64,000 bases of DNA, from positions 1 through 64,000 of the forward strand of contig JANNQV010000032.1 of NCBI GenBank assembly GCA_031400935.1, read 5' to 3'. The notes below the pieces were generated by a model that saw only the letters and a list, made by a program, of their open reading frames with translations, was not told the origin of the DNA and made no database searches. The DNA comes from Armatimonadota bacterium (GTDB lineage Bacteria > Armatimonadota > Fimbriimonadia > Fimbriimonadales > Fimbriimonadaceae). Position 1 is the stretch's first letter; every line of letters starts with the position of its first letter. The translations under genes were made by a program, and so were the position numbers. This document shows, piece after piece, positions 18,534 through 28,083 of the stretch.

Positions 18534-20393
18534 ATGAGCCTCGTTCCACGAATCATTTCACTCATTTGCGTCGTTAGTTTGGCAACAACTTTTGCCTTCG
18601 CCCAATGGCAAAACCCACGGGACGTATACGAAGGCAAGGAATACATGATTCCGATGAGAGACGGAACGAAGCTTCGAACTCTCATTTGGACTCGTAAAGA
18701 CTTCAATGGTTCAGCACCCATGCTGATGGAGCGGACCCCCTACGGAGCTGGTAGCCTTGCAGGCGGTCCACGAAGAGCAGGCGATTTGTTTGTTAAGGCA
18801 AAGTACATTCTTGCGTTTCAAGACGTTCGTGGAAAGGGCGGAAGCGAAGGAGATTACGTAAACATACGTCCGCCCAGAAAGGGATCAGTACGATTTGATG
18901 AGAGTACGGACACTTGGGATACTTGCGAATTTTTGACTCAGAACGTATCTAAATTCAATGGCAACATCGGCCTATGGGGAATTTCTTATCCAGGATTCTA
19001 CGCTGGAGCGAGCGTAATCAACACGCATCCAGCAATCAAGGCGACCTCGCCCCAAGCTCCGGTTGCCGACTGGTTTATCGGCGACGATGTCCACCATAAC
19101 GGCGCACTTTTCTTGCAAGAGACATTTGATTTTGCAATTGGTTTCGACGTTCCTCGGGGTGGCCAACGACCAGTTTTCGATCGGGGAACAGGTTCTGCGT
19201 ACGACTTCTATTTGAGTGTTGGTGCACTGCCGAATTTTGACAAAAATCTATTGAAAGGACTGATTCCCTATTGGAACGATGACCTAATGGCTCACGAAAC
19301 CTACGATGACTATTGGGTCGAGCGATCTTTGCCCAGAAATTACAAAAACGTTAAGTGTGCAACTCTTACTGTAGGAGGGTTTTTCGACAAGGAGGACATG
19401 TACGGGGCATTGAACCTGTATCAATATGGTGAAAAACAAAACAAAGCCCCAAACTTTCTCGTAATGGGGCCTTGGCCGCACGGCGGCTGGGCCGGCGGCC
19501 CGGGATCCTCTTTGGGCGACATCGCTTTTGGAAAAAAAACGGGCGAATGGTATCGAGAAAATCTGGAATTTCGATTCTTTGAAAAGTATTTGAACAACAA
19601 AGATGTGACAGATATCGCTGAAGCCACAATTTTCTCGACGGGTGACAACGAATGGTATTCGTTTGACAAATGGCCGCCCGAGCTAAAAGAAAAGCCTCTC
19701 TATTTTGGGCCAGGCAAAGCCTTGGGATGGAAAGAGTCTGGGAAGGAATCTCAGGACAGCTACGTAAACGACCCAGCCAAACCGACCCCTTATCTTTGGG
19801 ACTTCGCAAACAGCAAGCGAGCTCCGGGCGAATGGCTCATCTACAATCAAGCGGATTTTGCGCTTCGGAACGATGTGTTGCACCATGTGACGGAACCCCT
19901 TGGAGAAGACTTGCAAATTTGCGGAAAAATCACCGCTGACATGTGGATCAAGACCACCGGAACCGATTGCGACCTTGTTGTGAAGGTGATTGATGTATAT
20001 CCGGGCGATTCAACTGAAGTCTCTGCAAGGAATACCGAAATGAAGATGTCGAACTACCATATGATGGTGCGGAGCGAAATTTTTCGCGCAAAATTTCGGA
20101 AGGATTTTGCAAGGCCAATTCCCATAGTTCCAGGGCAATTGACGCATGTGAAATTTGATTTAAATGAGACAATGCACACCTTCAAGAAAGGGCACCGTAT
20201 TGCAATTCAAGTTCAAAGTTCTTGGTTCCCTATTGCGGATCGAAATCCCAACAAGTTCATGAACATTCGTAAGGCAACGGACGCCGATTTTCAGCCTGCG
20301 ACAATTTCGCTTGTATATGGCACCTCAAAGTTGAGCAAGGTCATTTTTAGGCAGGCGGCGAAGTCGCCTTTCCAAATTTTGACGCCAAATTGA
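18534..20393 (+). CDS. CocE/NonD family hydrolase (alpha-amino-acid ester hydrolase / glutaryl-7-ACA acylase-like)
   Basis: IPMRDGTKL, RTPY, QDVRGKGGSEG, GISYPG nucleophile, DDVHHNGA, MGPWPHG. The signal peptide starts at ATG 18534. Confidence 0.92.
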   Translation: MSLVPRIISLICVVSLATTFAFAQWQNPRDVYEGKEYMIPMRDGTKLRTLIWTRKDFNGSAPMLMERTPYGAGSLAGGPRRAGDLFVKAKYILAFQDVRGKGGSEGDYVNIRPPRKGSVRFDESTDTWDTCEFLTQNVSKFNGNIGLWGISYPGFYAGASVINTHPAIKATSPQAPVADWFIGDDVHHNGALFLQETFDFAIGFDVPRGGQRPVFDRGTGSAYDFYLSVGALPNFDKNLLKGLIPYWNDDLMAHETYDDYWVERSLPRNYKNVKCATLTVGGFFDKEDMYGALNLYQYGEKQNKAPNFLVMGPWPHGGWAGGPGSSLGDIAFGKKTGEWYRENLEFRFFEKYLNNKDVTDIAEATIFSTGDNEWYSFDKWPPELKEKPLYFGPGKALGWKESGKESQDSYVNDPAKPTPYLWDFANSKRAPGEWLIYNQADFALRNDVLHHVTEPLGEDLQICGKITADMWIKTTGTDCDLVVKVIDVYPGDSTEVSARNTEMKMSNYHMMVRSEIFRAKFRKDFARPIPIVPGQLTHVKFDLNETMHTFKKGHRIAIQVQSSWFPIADRNPNKFMNIRKATDADFQPATISLVYGTSKLSKVIFRQAAKSPFQILTPN

Positions 20394-20533
20394 GGGAAGC
20401 TAGATTCGCAACGGAGTAGGACATATAGGACTTATGAGACATATTCGTTCTATTAAACTTTGTGTAGCACCGCCAACCCACAGCGAACATTGTGGATTTT
20501 GGATTGCCGATTGTGGATTGCTCGGAAAGGCGG

Positions 20534-20575
20534 ACAACCAACAACCAACAACCAACAACCAACAACCAACAACCA
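20534..20575. repeat. Perfect heptamer microsatellite (ACAACCA)x6
   Basis: Six exact copies ending 8 nt before the putative -10 box of the next gene. Confidence 0.9.
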
Positions 20576-20595
20576 ACGTAACGTAAACTCCAATT

Positions 20596-21804
20596 GTGTC
20601 TTCCATTCTCCGCAATGTCCGCTCCGCGCTTGAAAGCCTCAAAGAACACGCATCTCGCGCCGTGCTCAGCGCGGTGGGAATCATGGTTGCCTCAATGGCG
20701 ATTGTTCTTTTGATCAGCATCGCTAAGGGAGTGCAAGACGACATTTCAAAGGAAGTTCGCGATCTTGGCGTGAACATCGTAATTGTCCTCCCAGCTCGAA
20801 TTGAAGAGGGCTCAATGTTTGCCCCCGGACTCATGGGGATCAGTTATCTCCGCGAATCACACATAGAAGATGTTCGAAAACTCAGCGGAATCGGGAAAGT
20901 TGTACCGCTGACTTTTGTCGGAAGCGGGCTCGCTCTGGGCGACAAACGGAGCCCAACAACCTTGATAATCGGAACGAAGCCGGATTGGTTCTTCATTCGT
21001 GCAACAAAGATGCAACAAGGCCGCGCGCTAGAGGCTTCAGACGCAAACAATCCAGTTTGCGTATTAGGTTCGGTTCCGTATCACAAGCTCTTTGGAAACG
21101 AACCAGCTGTAGGAAAAGCGCTCACCTACAATGACCAGAAATACACAATTGTCGGCGTAACGGAAGACCGTGTTTCCTCAAACTCGACCTTTTCCATGGG
21201 GAGCTTTGAAAACACCCTCTTTTTGCCTTATGAGTTTGTCAAATCAACGCAGCCGCAAATGCAAATTGACCGAATCGTGGCGCAAACGATTCCTACGAAA
21301 GAACCAAAGCAACTCGTCGCCTCTATGGAAGCCGTTCTTGGCAAGTCGCTCGCACGCGAAACCTATTCTGTGGTCACGCAAGAGGATTTGCTGAAAATTG
21401 TATTCAAAATCATGGACATTTTGACATGGCTCTTGGTCGGACTCACATCCATCGCCTTGGTTGTGGGCGGGGTTGGAATTATGACGATCATGCTGATGTC
21501 CGTCAACGAGCGCACCAAAGAAATTGGCGTTCGGAAGACAGTTGGGGCGAGAGGAACTGACGTTTTTGTTCAGTTTCTTACCGAATCCATTTGCATCGGA
21601 TTCGTCGGAGCTGCAATGGGTTTGGTAGTGAGTTGGATTGCAGCTTTGATCTTATCTGCCTACACGCCTATCAAGCCGCTTATCACTTCTGATATTGTAT
21701 TCTTGGCGTTTGCCGTTTGCATCGGTGTTGGGTGCATTTTTGGATTGATTCCCGCGCTCCGAGCGGCAAGGAAGGATCCTGTTGTGAGTCTGAGGACGGA
21801 GTGA
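20596..21804 (+). CDS. ABC transporter permease, MacB/FtsX family
   Basis: IALVVGGVGIMTIMLMSVNERTKEIGVRKTVGA, QFLTES, PALRAARKDPVVSLR. Confidence 0.93.
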   Translation: MSSILRNVRSALESLKEHASRAVLSAVGIMVASMAIVLLISIAKGVQDDISKEVRDLGVNIVIVLPARIEEGSMFAPGLMGISYLRESHIEDVRKLSGIGKVVPLTFVGSGLALGDKRSPTTLIIGTKPDWFFIRATKMQQGRALEASDANNPVCVLGSVPYHKLFGNEPAVGKALTYNDQKYTIVGVTEDRVSSNSTFSMGSFENTLFLPYEFVKSTQPQMQIDRIVAQTIPTKEPKQLVASMEAVLGKSLARETYSVVTQEDLLKIVFKIMDILTWLLVGLTSIALVVGGVGIMTIMLMSVNERTKEIGVRKTVGARGTDVFVQFLTESICIGFVGAAMGLVVSWIAALILSAYTPIKPLITSDIVFLAFAVCIGVGCIFGLIPALRAARKDPVVSLRTE

Positions 21805-21893
21805 GGGGGAGCACGGAAATTTTGGATTGGGGATTGGGGATTTTAAGATTGTGCGAAGAGCGGACAACCAATTACTAACAACCAACAACGCCC

Positions 21894-22229
21894 CTAAAGC
21901 GTATGCGGAAATGGCAATGTAACCGTGCAAGTAGGGGGCAACCCTATTACGGCAACACTAAGAAGTCCGCCTGCGGCACAAATCGGCGGAGTCGAGCGGC
22001 GAATATAGGCGGGCCATAAATCGCCCATCGCGCATCCTGTGCCGTTCGGAAGGTTGAATTCGTGAGCATAGAATTCCTTGGCAGAGTCAAGCTGTTTGAG
22101 GGTGGATATGCATTGTTTTGTACGAGCTTGCTCTCGAGCCCTCATAAACTGAGGCACAGCGATCGCGAGCAGGATGCCGATGATCAAGACCACGATCATT
22201 ATTTCTACTAAAGTGAAACCTTTGCGCAA
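21894..22229 (-). CDS. Type IV pilin-like / pseudopilin
   Basis: GFTLVEIMIVVLIIGILLAIAVP prepilin cleavage/methylation site; GGAG RBS before the TTG start. Confidence 0.88.
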   Translation of the reverse strand: MRKGFTLVEIMIVVLIIGILLAIAVPQFMRAREQARTKQCISTLKQLDSAKEFYAHEFNLPNGTGCAMGDLWPAYIRRSTPPICAAGGLLSVAVIGLPPTCTVTLPFPHTL

Positions 22230-22427
22230 AGCATCTCCCCGGACAAATTGTCCTTAGGTGGATTATGGGAATGTTGAAACAGGAATCTAAGCTGTTAAAT
22301 TCACGTTATTATTGGAATTCTGGGAACTTTCCAAAAAAAACTTTGAAAAACCCTTGGATTTACTATAAAGAGTGATGTATTATAAGTGAGTCAAGGTGCT
22401 AGCACACGCGAGCGCCGGAGGTGAGAT

Positions 22428-23432
22428 ATGTTACGAAGAGCCTTTACGCTCATTGAACTTCTTGTAGTTATCGCGATCATCGCTATTTTGGCGGCGATCC
22501 TATTCCCTGTTTTTGCGCAAGCAAAAGAAGCGGCAAAGCAAACGACATGCGTCAGCAATACCAAGCAAACTGCACTTGCAGCTTTGATGTATGCAACTGA
22601 CTATGACGACGTGCTTGTCCGACACGACAACAACGGCTCCTGTCTTTATGGCGAAGTCCCTTGCGACTATCCTGACTGGGGAGATTTCAGAACTGCTGGT
22701 CTTGATACACAAACTGCAAAGCAGAGCGAGAACGTCATGTACTATGGCGCGATCGAGCCGTATCACAAGAACACTCAAATGGCCGTTTGCGTATCCAGCG
22801 GCGATACGAAATGGTCAGGTGTTTTTGGACAATACACTGCGATTACAGGTAATCCATTGCCAGCCGGCGGCTACAACGCTGCCAACCACAAGTTCTACAC
22901 GAACACCTTGAGCCAAATGTCATTCAACCTTTTGGTTATTGACTATCGAGGAACTTCAGGTAGCGCAACAACTGCTTCGCCTAACAAGCGCCCAGGCAAC
23001 CCTAAGGGTCGCTTCAGCGCAATTCCAGCTGTAGCTTCGACGATTATGTTCGCGGCAGAATCGGCTTGGGACTGGGGTCCAAGCACTGCCTTTTCCCTTG
23101 GAAACGGTGCTGTATGGCCATCGTACCCAGATGCAGCTTGCTGGTCAGCAGCAGCTGATGGTTGGACACGCTACATTCACAAAGGCAAATCCGGAAACGG
23201 CGAGGCCTTTTATGATGGCTCTACTATCTTCCCAGCCAAACTTACTGGCAACCCGAACCTTCAAGGTCTTGCAGTCTTCGCATTTTGCGACGGACACGTA
23301 AAACCAATGAAGTACACGCAATCTGAGCGATGTGTTCCATTGCCAGCAGGCAGAACTTGGCAATACGGCCAGTTAGCTACTCAAGTCGTAAGCACTTGGT
23401 ATCCAAACTGGGTTCCTGAACTAGAACTCTAA
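22428..23432 (+). CDS. Prepilin-type N-terminal cleavage/methylation protein (DUF1559-like, C-terminal F.DGH motif), copy 1
   Basis: [58 protein letters not shown]. Confidence 0.9.
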   Translation: MLRRAFTLIELLVVIAIIAILAAILFPVFAQAKEAAKQTTCVSNTKQTALAALMYATDYDDVLVRHDNNGSCLYGEVPCDYPDWGDFRTAGLDTQTAKQSENVMYYGAIEPYHKNTQMAVCVSSGDTKWSGVFGQYTAITGNPLPAGGYNAANHKFYTNTLSQMSFNLLVIDYRGTSGSATTASPNKRPGNPKGRFSAIPAVASTIMFAAESAWDWGPSTAFSLGNGAVWPSYPDAACWSAAADGWTRYIHKGKSGNGEAFYDGSTIFPAKLTGNPNLQGLAVFAFCDGHVKPMKYTQSERCVPLPAGRTWQYGQLATQVVSTWYPNWVPELEL

Positions 23433-23513
23433 GAATATCTTAGATCATAAAATATGCGAGGCTGCCACAATTACGTGGTAGCCTCGTCTCTATTCATGGA
23501 GGTGAATTTTAAG

Positions 23514-23690
23514 ATGATTCAACGAAGATTTGTAATATTGCTAACACTCGTTTCGATGTTTGGCTGCCTACTTGCGGCTGGGTGCGGAAGCGGGAATGAC
23601 ACAAAGCCGGATCCACCCGATCCAGCACTGAAAGGCATGCCTGCGGCTCCGCCTGATGCCAGCATGGGTGGCGAAGCTGCTGGCAAGTAA
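23514..23690 (+). CDS. Small Pro-rich lipoprotein, copy 1
   Basis: GGAGGT RBS, lipobox AAGC, 58 aa. Confidence 0.75.
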   Translation: MIQRRFVILLTLVSMFGCLLAAGCGSGNDTKPDPPDPALKGMPAAPPDASMGGEAAGK

Positions 23691-23723
23691 GAGTATCTAA
23701 CTTATCTAATTAACAAGAGAAAT

Positions 23724-23753
23724 AAAAAGCCCCAGAAACTCTGGGGCTTTTTT
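23724..23753 (+). terminator. Intrinsic terminator
   Basis: AAAAAGCCCCAGA-AAC-TCTGGGGCTTTTTT. Confidence 0.9.
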
Positions 23754-23806
23754 ATGCGTGAATTTTGAACCCGGAAAACAACTGTAAGAAAAAAGTGTAA
23801 AAAACG

Positions 23807-23834
23807 TTGCTTTTTCCTAAAAATGCCTTATAAT
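23807..23834 (+). promoter_or_regulatory. Putative sigma70-type promoter of prepilin copy 2
   Basis: TTGCTT-16 nt-TATAAT with an A-rich upstream tract. Confidence 0.5.
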
Positions 23835-23876
23835 GCATTTGAAGCCCATAATTTATTTTTGGGCAGAGGTGAAATT

Positions 23877-24842
23877 ATGTTACGAAGAGCCTTTACGCTC
23901 ATTGAACTTTTAGTAGTTATTGCGATCATCGCCATTTTGGCGGCGATCCTATTCCCTGTTTTTGCGCAAGCAAAAGAAGCGGCAAAGAAAACACAGTGCG
24001 TCAGCAACACCAAGCAAACCGCACTGGCAGCGATTATGTATGCTGGCGACTTTGACGACGTTTTGCCACGCCACGACAACAATGGATCGTGCGCTTATGG
24101 TGAAGTGGGATGCACCGGCCCAGACTGGGGCATCTTTACGCCACCTTATGGCAACTTAACGCCACTCGGCTATGACATGGGTAAATCAATCATGTATTGG
24201 GGTGCCATCGAGCCTTATCACAAAAATCACGACATCTCTGTTTGTCCGTCAATGGGCAAGACAAAGTGGTCGCAAGTTATGGCGTCGCCGCCTCCAGGCA
24301 TCACGGGCGTGGCCTACAACGCAACTAACGAGCGATATTACAACTCAGTTCTTGGTCAAATGTCCATCAACATGATGTTAGTTGACTACGGCGATCCTTA
24401 CACGGGCGGAACCGGATGGGTCAATAATCGTCCTGGTGCTATCAAAGGCCGATTGGGCCAAGTTCAGCGACCTGGCGACACGATCATGTTCGCTGCAGAA
24501 TCCTCATGGGACTGGGGTCCGTCACTCACTGCAGGCTTAGGTAACGGTGCTGTTTGGCCGTCATTCCCGAACCCTGCTTGCGACTCGGCAGGAGCCGAAG
24601 GCTGGACAAGATACTTGCACAATGGACGAAACGGAGGTTACACAGGCGCGCACTATCCAAACGGTGCAACCCTAAATCCAAGCCTGCAAGGTTTTGCAGT
24701 CTTTAGTTTTGTTGATGGTCACGTGAAATCAATGAAATTTCCGCAAGCGGAACGTTGCGCTCCTCTTCCTACAGGAGAAACATGGGCTATTCACAACACT
24801 ACGTTTACAACGTACTACCCTAACTGGGTACCTGAGAAATAG
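23877..24842 (+). CDS. Prepilin-type N-terminal cleavage/methylation protein, copy 2
   Basis: Same N-terminus as copy 1; [17 protein letters not shown] before ATG 23877. Confidence 0.9.
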   Translation: MLRRAFTLIELLVVIAIIAILAAILFPVFAQAKEAAKKTQCVSNTKQTALAAIMYAGDFDDVLPRHDNNGSCAYGEVGCTGPDWGIFTPPYGNLTPLGYDMGKSIMYWGAIEPYHKNHDISVCPSMGKTKWSQVMASPPPGITGVAYNATNERYYNSVLGQMSINMMLVDYGDPYTGGTGWVNNRPGAIKGRLGQVQRPGDTIMFAAESSWDWGPSLTAGLGNGAVWPSFPNPACDSAGAEGWTRYLHNGRNGGYTGAHYPNGATLNPSLQGFAVFSFVDGHVKSMKFPQAERCAPLPTGETWAIHNTTFTTYYPNWVPEK

Positions 24843-24887
24843 TCTGAATTGTGCCAAGACTGACTTCGTTGGTCTTGGCACAATTAT

Positions 24888-25100
24888 ATGAAAATCATGA
24901 GAAAAATACCTTTGTGGATTTCCTTTGCGATTCTTGGGACGACTGTCTGTCTCACCGTCGGCTGTAGCGGCGGCGAAGACAGCACATCGAACCAAGATGC
25001 GATTGACAAATATAATAAAGAGCTGCCTCCAATTGACCCAAGCGCACCGGCTCCGACAGCACCAGAGCGGTCGAATATGCCGATGAAGGGTGGCAAATAG
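24888..25100 (+). CDS. Small Pro-rich lipoprotein, copy 2
   Basis: Lipobox TVGC, 70 aa, same position in the cassette as copy 1. Confidence 0.75.
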   Translation: MKIMRKIPLWISFAILGTTVCLTVGCSGGEDSTSNQDAIDKYNKELPPIDPSAPAPTAPERSNMPMKGGK

Positions 25101-25121
25101 CGTATAGCTGAAATTTGACTC

Positions 25122-25169
25122 AAGAGAACCCTGAAGACGCATAGTCAGCTTCTTCGGGGTTCTTTTTTT
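25122..25169. terminator. Intrinsic terminator between the pilin cassette and thrS
   Basis: AGAGAACCCTGAAGA…TCTTCGGGGTTCTTTTTTT. Confidence 0.75.
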
Positions 25170-25251
25170 GCGTTTTCGGATCAGCAGTAATGAGCGCTTG
25201 ACTCCCAGTGCAAAATTCTTCAGGTAAAGCCCCAACCGATCTTATCAGATA

Positions 25252-27060
25252 TTAAGGCAGAAGTTCCAAGAACGCTTCTAAGTTCATCGCGCCTAGGTCG
25301 CCGCCTTCTCGTGATCGAACTCCGACCGTGCCATTTTCGATATCGTTGTCGCCTAGAATCAGCATGAACGGAGTCTTTTGAAGCTGAGCTTCGCGAATCT
25401 TCTTTCCTAAAGTTTCCCTGCGGTCGTCCACCGTAACTCGAATCGCCCTACCGTCGTAGAGCCGATCTCGAAGCTCGTTTGCAAGTGCTTCCGCATGTTC
25501 TACATGGCGGTCTGCAATCGGTAGCACAGAAACCTGAACAGGCGACATCCAGAACGGATAGGCACCTGCATATTGCTCGGTCAAAAGGCCGATCATGCGC
25601 TCAAGCGAACCAAAAGGCGCCCGATGGATCATGACTGGGCGGTGGGGCTTGGAATCTTCGCCGATGTACTCAAGCTCAAACCTTTCGGGCAGATTGTAAT
25701 CCACTTGAACAGTTCCCATCTGCCATTCTCTGCCAAGTGCGTCCTTAATCATGAGGTCGAGTTTGGGGCCATAAAATGCCGCATCCCCAACTGAAATTTC
25801 ATATTCCAGGCCGAGTTTGTCGCAGGCATCTGTGATCGCGTTGGTGGCGGCTACCCAATTGTCATCATGCCCCACATATTTATCTGAAGCTGGGTCTTTG
25901 ACACCAACTCGAACTCGAAATTCCGTCAATCCAAGCTTAACAAGTACTGTCTTCATCAAGTCAACGACGCCAATGAATTCTTCTTGCAACTGGTCGGGCG
26001 TCACAAACAGGTGGGCGTCGTCCTGAGTAAATCCGCGCGCCCTGAGGATGCCTGCAACTTCCCCACTTTGCTCATACCTATGAACCGTCCCAAACTCAGC
26101 ATATCGAATCGGTAAGTCCCGATAAGAGCGCATTTGCGAAGCATAAATCTCAATATGAAATGGGCAGTTCATTGGCTTGAGGATGTAAGTTTCCTTCTCC
26201 TCGTCTTCCATGAACGGAAACATTTTGTCGCGATAAGTAATTACATGCCCGCTCTTTTCAAACAATTTGATGTTTGCGATATGCGGCGTGACGACAGGAT
26301 CGTAGCCTCGCGCAAGCTGCTCGCGCTTCATAAAGTCAATGAGAACTTCGCGCAAGATGGCTCCCTTTGGGAGCCAGAGCGTAAGGCCAGTACCCACTCG
26401 GGGGGAAAACATGAAGAGCCCAAGTTCCTTTCCTAGCTTGCGATGGTCGCGTTTTGCGGCCTCTTCAAGCATGAACAAATGTTGATCGAGATCTTCCGCT
26501 GTCTCAAATGCAGTGCCATAGATTCGCGTTAGCTGTTTGTTCTTGACATCCCCACGCCAATAGGCGCCAGCAATGCTCATCAGTTTGAAATGCTTGATCT
26601 CTTTTGTCGAATCAACATGAGGCCCTCGGCAAAGGTCAAGAAATCGGTGGGCAACTCCATCATGCCCTGTCCGCTTTTGATCGAAGAAAGTAATTGTTTC
26701 GCCTTCTGGGATTGCTTCGAGGAGTTGCAGTTTGTATTCGGCAACGCTTTTGCCCATGCAAGGAATCGAGTCATCGAGGATTAGTTTCTTTGCTTCATCA
26801 CGAGAAACTTCGGTTCGCTCAATTCGCTGATCGAGCTTTGAAAGCTCTTTCATTTTCTTTTCAATCTTTGCAAGGTCTTCTTCTTTTAGAGGTTCTTTGA
26901 AGTCAATATCATAATAGAAACCGTTCTCAATTGGAGGTCCTATCGCAAGCTGGGCGCCTGGGAAAAGTTCCGTAACGGCTTGCGCCATGAGGTGCGCGGC
27001 TGAGTGCCGAAGCCGATATAGGTACGATTGTTCGTACGTAGATTTTGAGATTTGAACCAT
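25252..27060 (-). CDS. thrS: Threonine--tRNA ligase
   Basis: LRHSAAHLMAQAV, DLCRGPHV, KRDHRKLG, LKPMNCP, FTQDDAH, AAFYGPKLD, MIHRAPFGSLER. Confidence 0.99.
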   Translation of the reverse strand: MVQISKSTYEQSYLYRLRHSAAHLMAQAVTELFPGAQLAIGPPIENGFYYDIDFKEPLKEEDLAKIEKKMKELSKLDQRIERTEVSRDEAKKLILDDSIPCMGKSVAEYKLQLLEAIPEGETITFFDQKRTGHDGVAHRFLDLCRGPHVDSTKEIKHFKLMSIAGAYWRGDVKNKQLTRIYGTAFETAEDLDQHLFMLEEAAKRDHRKLGKELGLFMFSPRVGTGLTLWLPKGAILREVLIDFMKREQLARGYDPVVTPHIANIKLFEKSGHVITYRDKMFPFMEDEEKETYILKPMNCPFHIEIYASQMRSYRDLPIRYAEFGTVHRYEQSGEVAGILRARGFTQDDAHLFVTPDQLQEEFIGVVDLMKTVLVKLGLTEFRVRVGVKDPASDKYVGHDDNWVAATNAITDACDKLGLEYEISVGDAAFYGPKLDLMIKDALGREWQMGTVQVDYNLPERFELEYIGEDSKPHRPVMIHRAPFGSLERMIGLLTEQYAGAYPFWMSPVQVSVLPIADRHVEHAEALANELRDRLYDGRAIRVTVDDRRETLGKKIREAQLQKTPFMLILGDNDIENGTVGVRSREGGDLGAMNLEAFLELLP

Positions 27061-27159
27061 AAGAAAACCCTCCCTTACAATGGGAATAAAACTGTAGAAC
27101 TCAAATTATGGCTTTTATTGACAGGAAACGGGAACCCGTGAGGCCTTTTGACTAGTCTA

Positions 27160-28005
27160 ATGCTCGTGCGAAAGATAATTTTTCCGGCGATTATGGGGCT
27201 AGCAGCCTCATCTTTTTGCCAAGTTCCTACAACCAATGCGGAAATTGTTCTCGCTATGCAAAGATTTGCTACTTCGCCAACATTAAAATTGACACTTGAC
27301 GGAACTGAAACCATAAATCGCCGCGGAAAAACTTTTCACGTTGAAACGTCGTTGTTAGTTGCAAACTCACCGTCTGGAACCGTTGTCGGACTCATTGAAA
27401 TCGTCGAGTATCAAAATGGGCAAATGACTCAGCGCACAGTGGGGGATGGTCAAACCCTTTGGATTTATAACGTGCAGAGCCTTGAATACATGGCGATGCC
27501 TTATGGAATTTTGGGTGGAGATCCCTCCAGCTATTTTGCAAAATTGAGTGATGGCATAGGGTCCTATGTCGAAGGTTTTGGCACATATCCCGTACGATTC
27601 TTGCGGGACATTTTGTATCGCCGAGACACTTTTGGTTCTTCGGGAGCAACTTATCGTTCCTGGGTTCCTGGGTTTGTTCCGGTGCAATTTTCAAACATCA
27701 ACCAATCGTTTCCAGACCCGATCAACCCAAGCCGAGTTTATCGGCCCGATCAGACCAAGTTTTTTGTTCACAATGCAAATGGTGCTAATCCATCAAAATC
27801 CATTACGTTTGAATTTGAAATTGGAAATTCTAGCAATCAGTTAACAAGCTGCTATTTCAGCGAGCTTACTTCTGTTGGAAATCGAAATCGGCTTGTGGAT
27901 TGGCAGATGGGGGTTCTAAGTTCAGGGCTATCGTTCCCTCCTGAGACGTTTCAATTCATTCCGCCCAAGCGAGCGAGAGCGGTGCCGTTGCCCAAAATTG
28001 GTTAA
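27160..28005 (+). CDS. Secreted LolA-like fold protein
   Basis: Signal peptide; VGDGQTLWIYN and C-terminal FPPETFQFIPP are typical of the LolA-like superfamily. Confidence 0.55.
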   Translation: MLVRKIIFPAIMGLAASSFCQVPTTNAEIVLAMQRFATSPTLKLTLDGTETINRRGKTFHVETSLLVANSPSGTVVGLIEIVEYQNGQMTQRTVGDGQTLWIYNVQSLEYMAMPYGILGGDPSSYFAKLSDGIGSYVEGFGTYPVRFLRDILYRRDTFGSSGATYRSWVPGFVPVQFSNINQSFPDPINPSRVYRPDQTKFFVHNANGANPSKSITFEFEIGNSSNQLTSCYFSELTSVGNRNRLVDWQMGVLSSGLSFPPETFQFIPPKRARAVPLPKIG

Positions 28006-28083
28006 GACTTTTTTTGAGTAGGCCAGGAATCTAAAATCCTCCATCCCCAACCCCTTCCTCCTAAAGGAGGAATGGGCTAGTGT

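Noticed and set aside
20534..20575. CRISPR array (also considered for 14598-14742 and 57395-57554)
   Set aside because: Tandem repeats without unique spacers; no cas genes in the window.
20347..20834. Minus-strand ORFs containing LVVGCWLLVVGCW
   Set aside because: Translation artefact of the ACAACCA heptamer array.
22428..24842. Diversity-generating retroelement acting on the pilin paralogs
   Set aside because: No reverse transcriptase in the window; the near-identity is at the 5' end and the differences are not adenine-specific.
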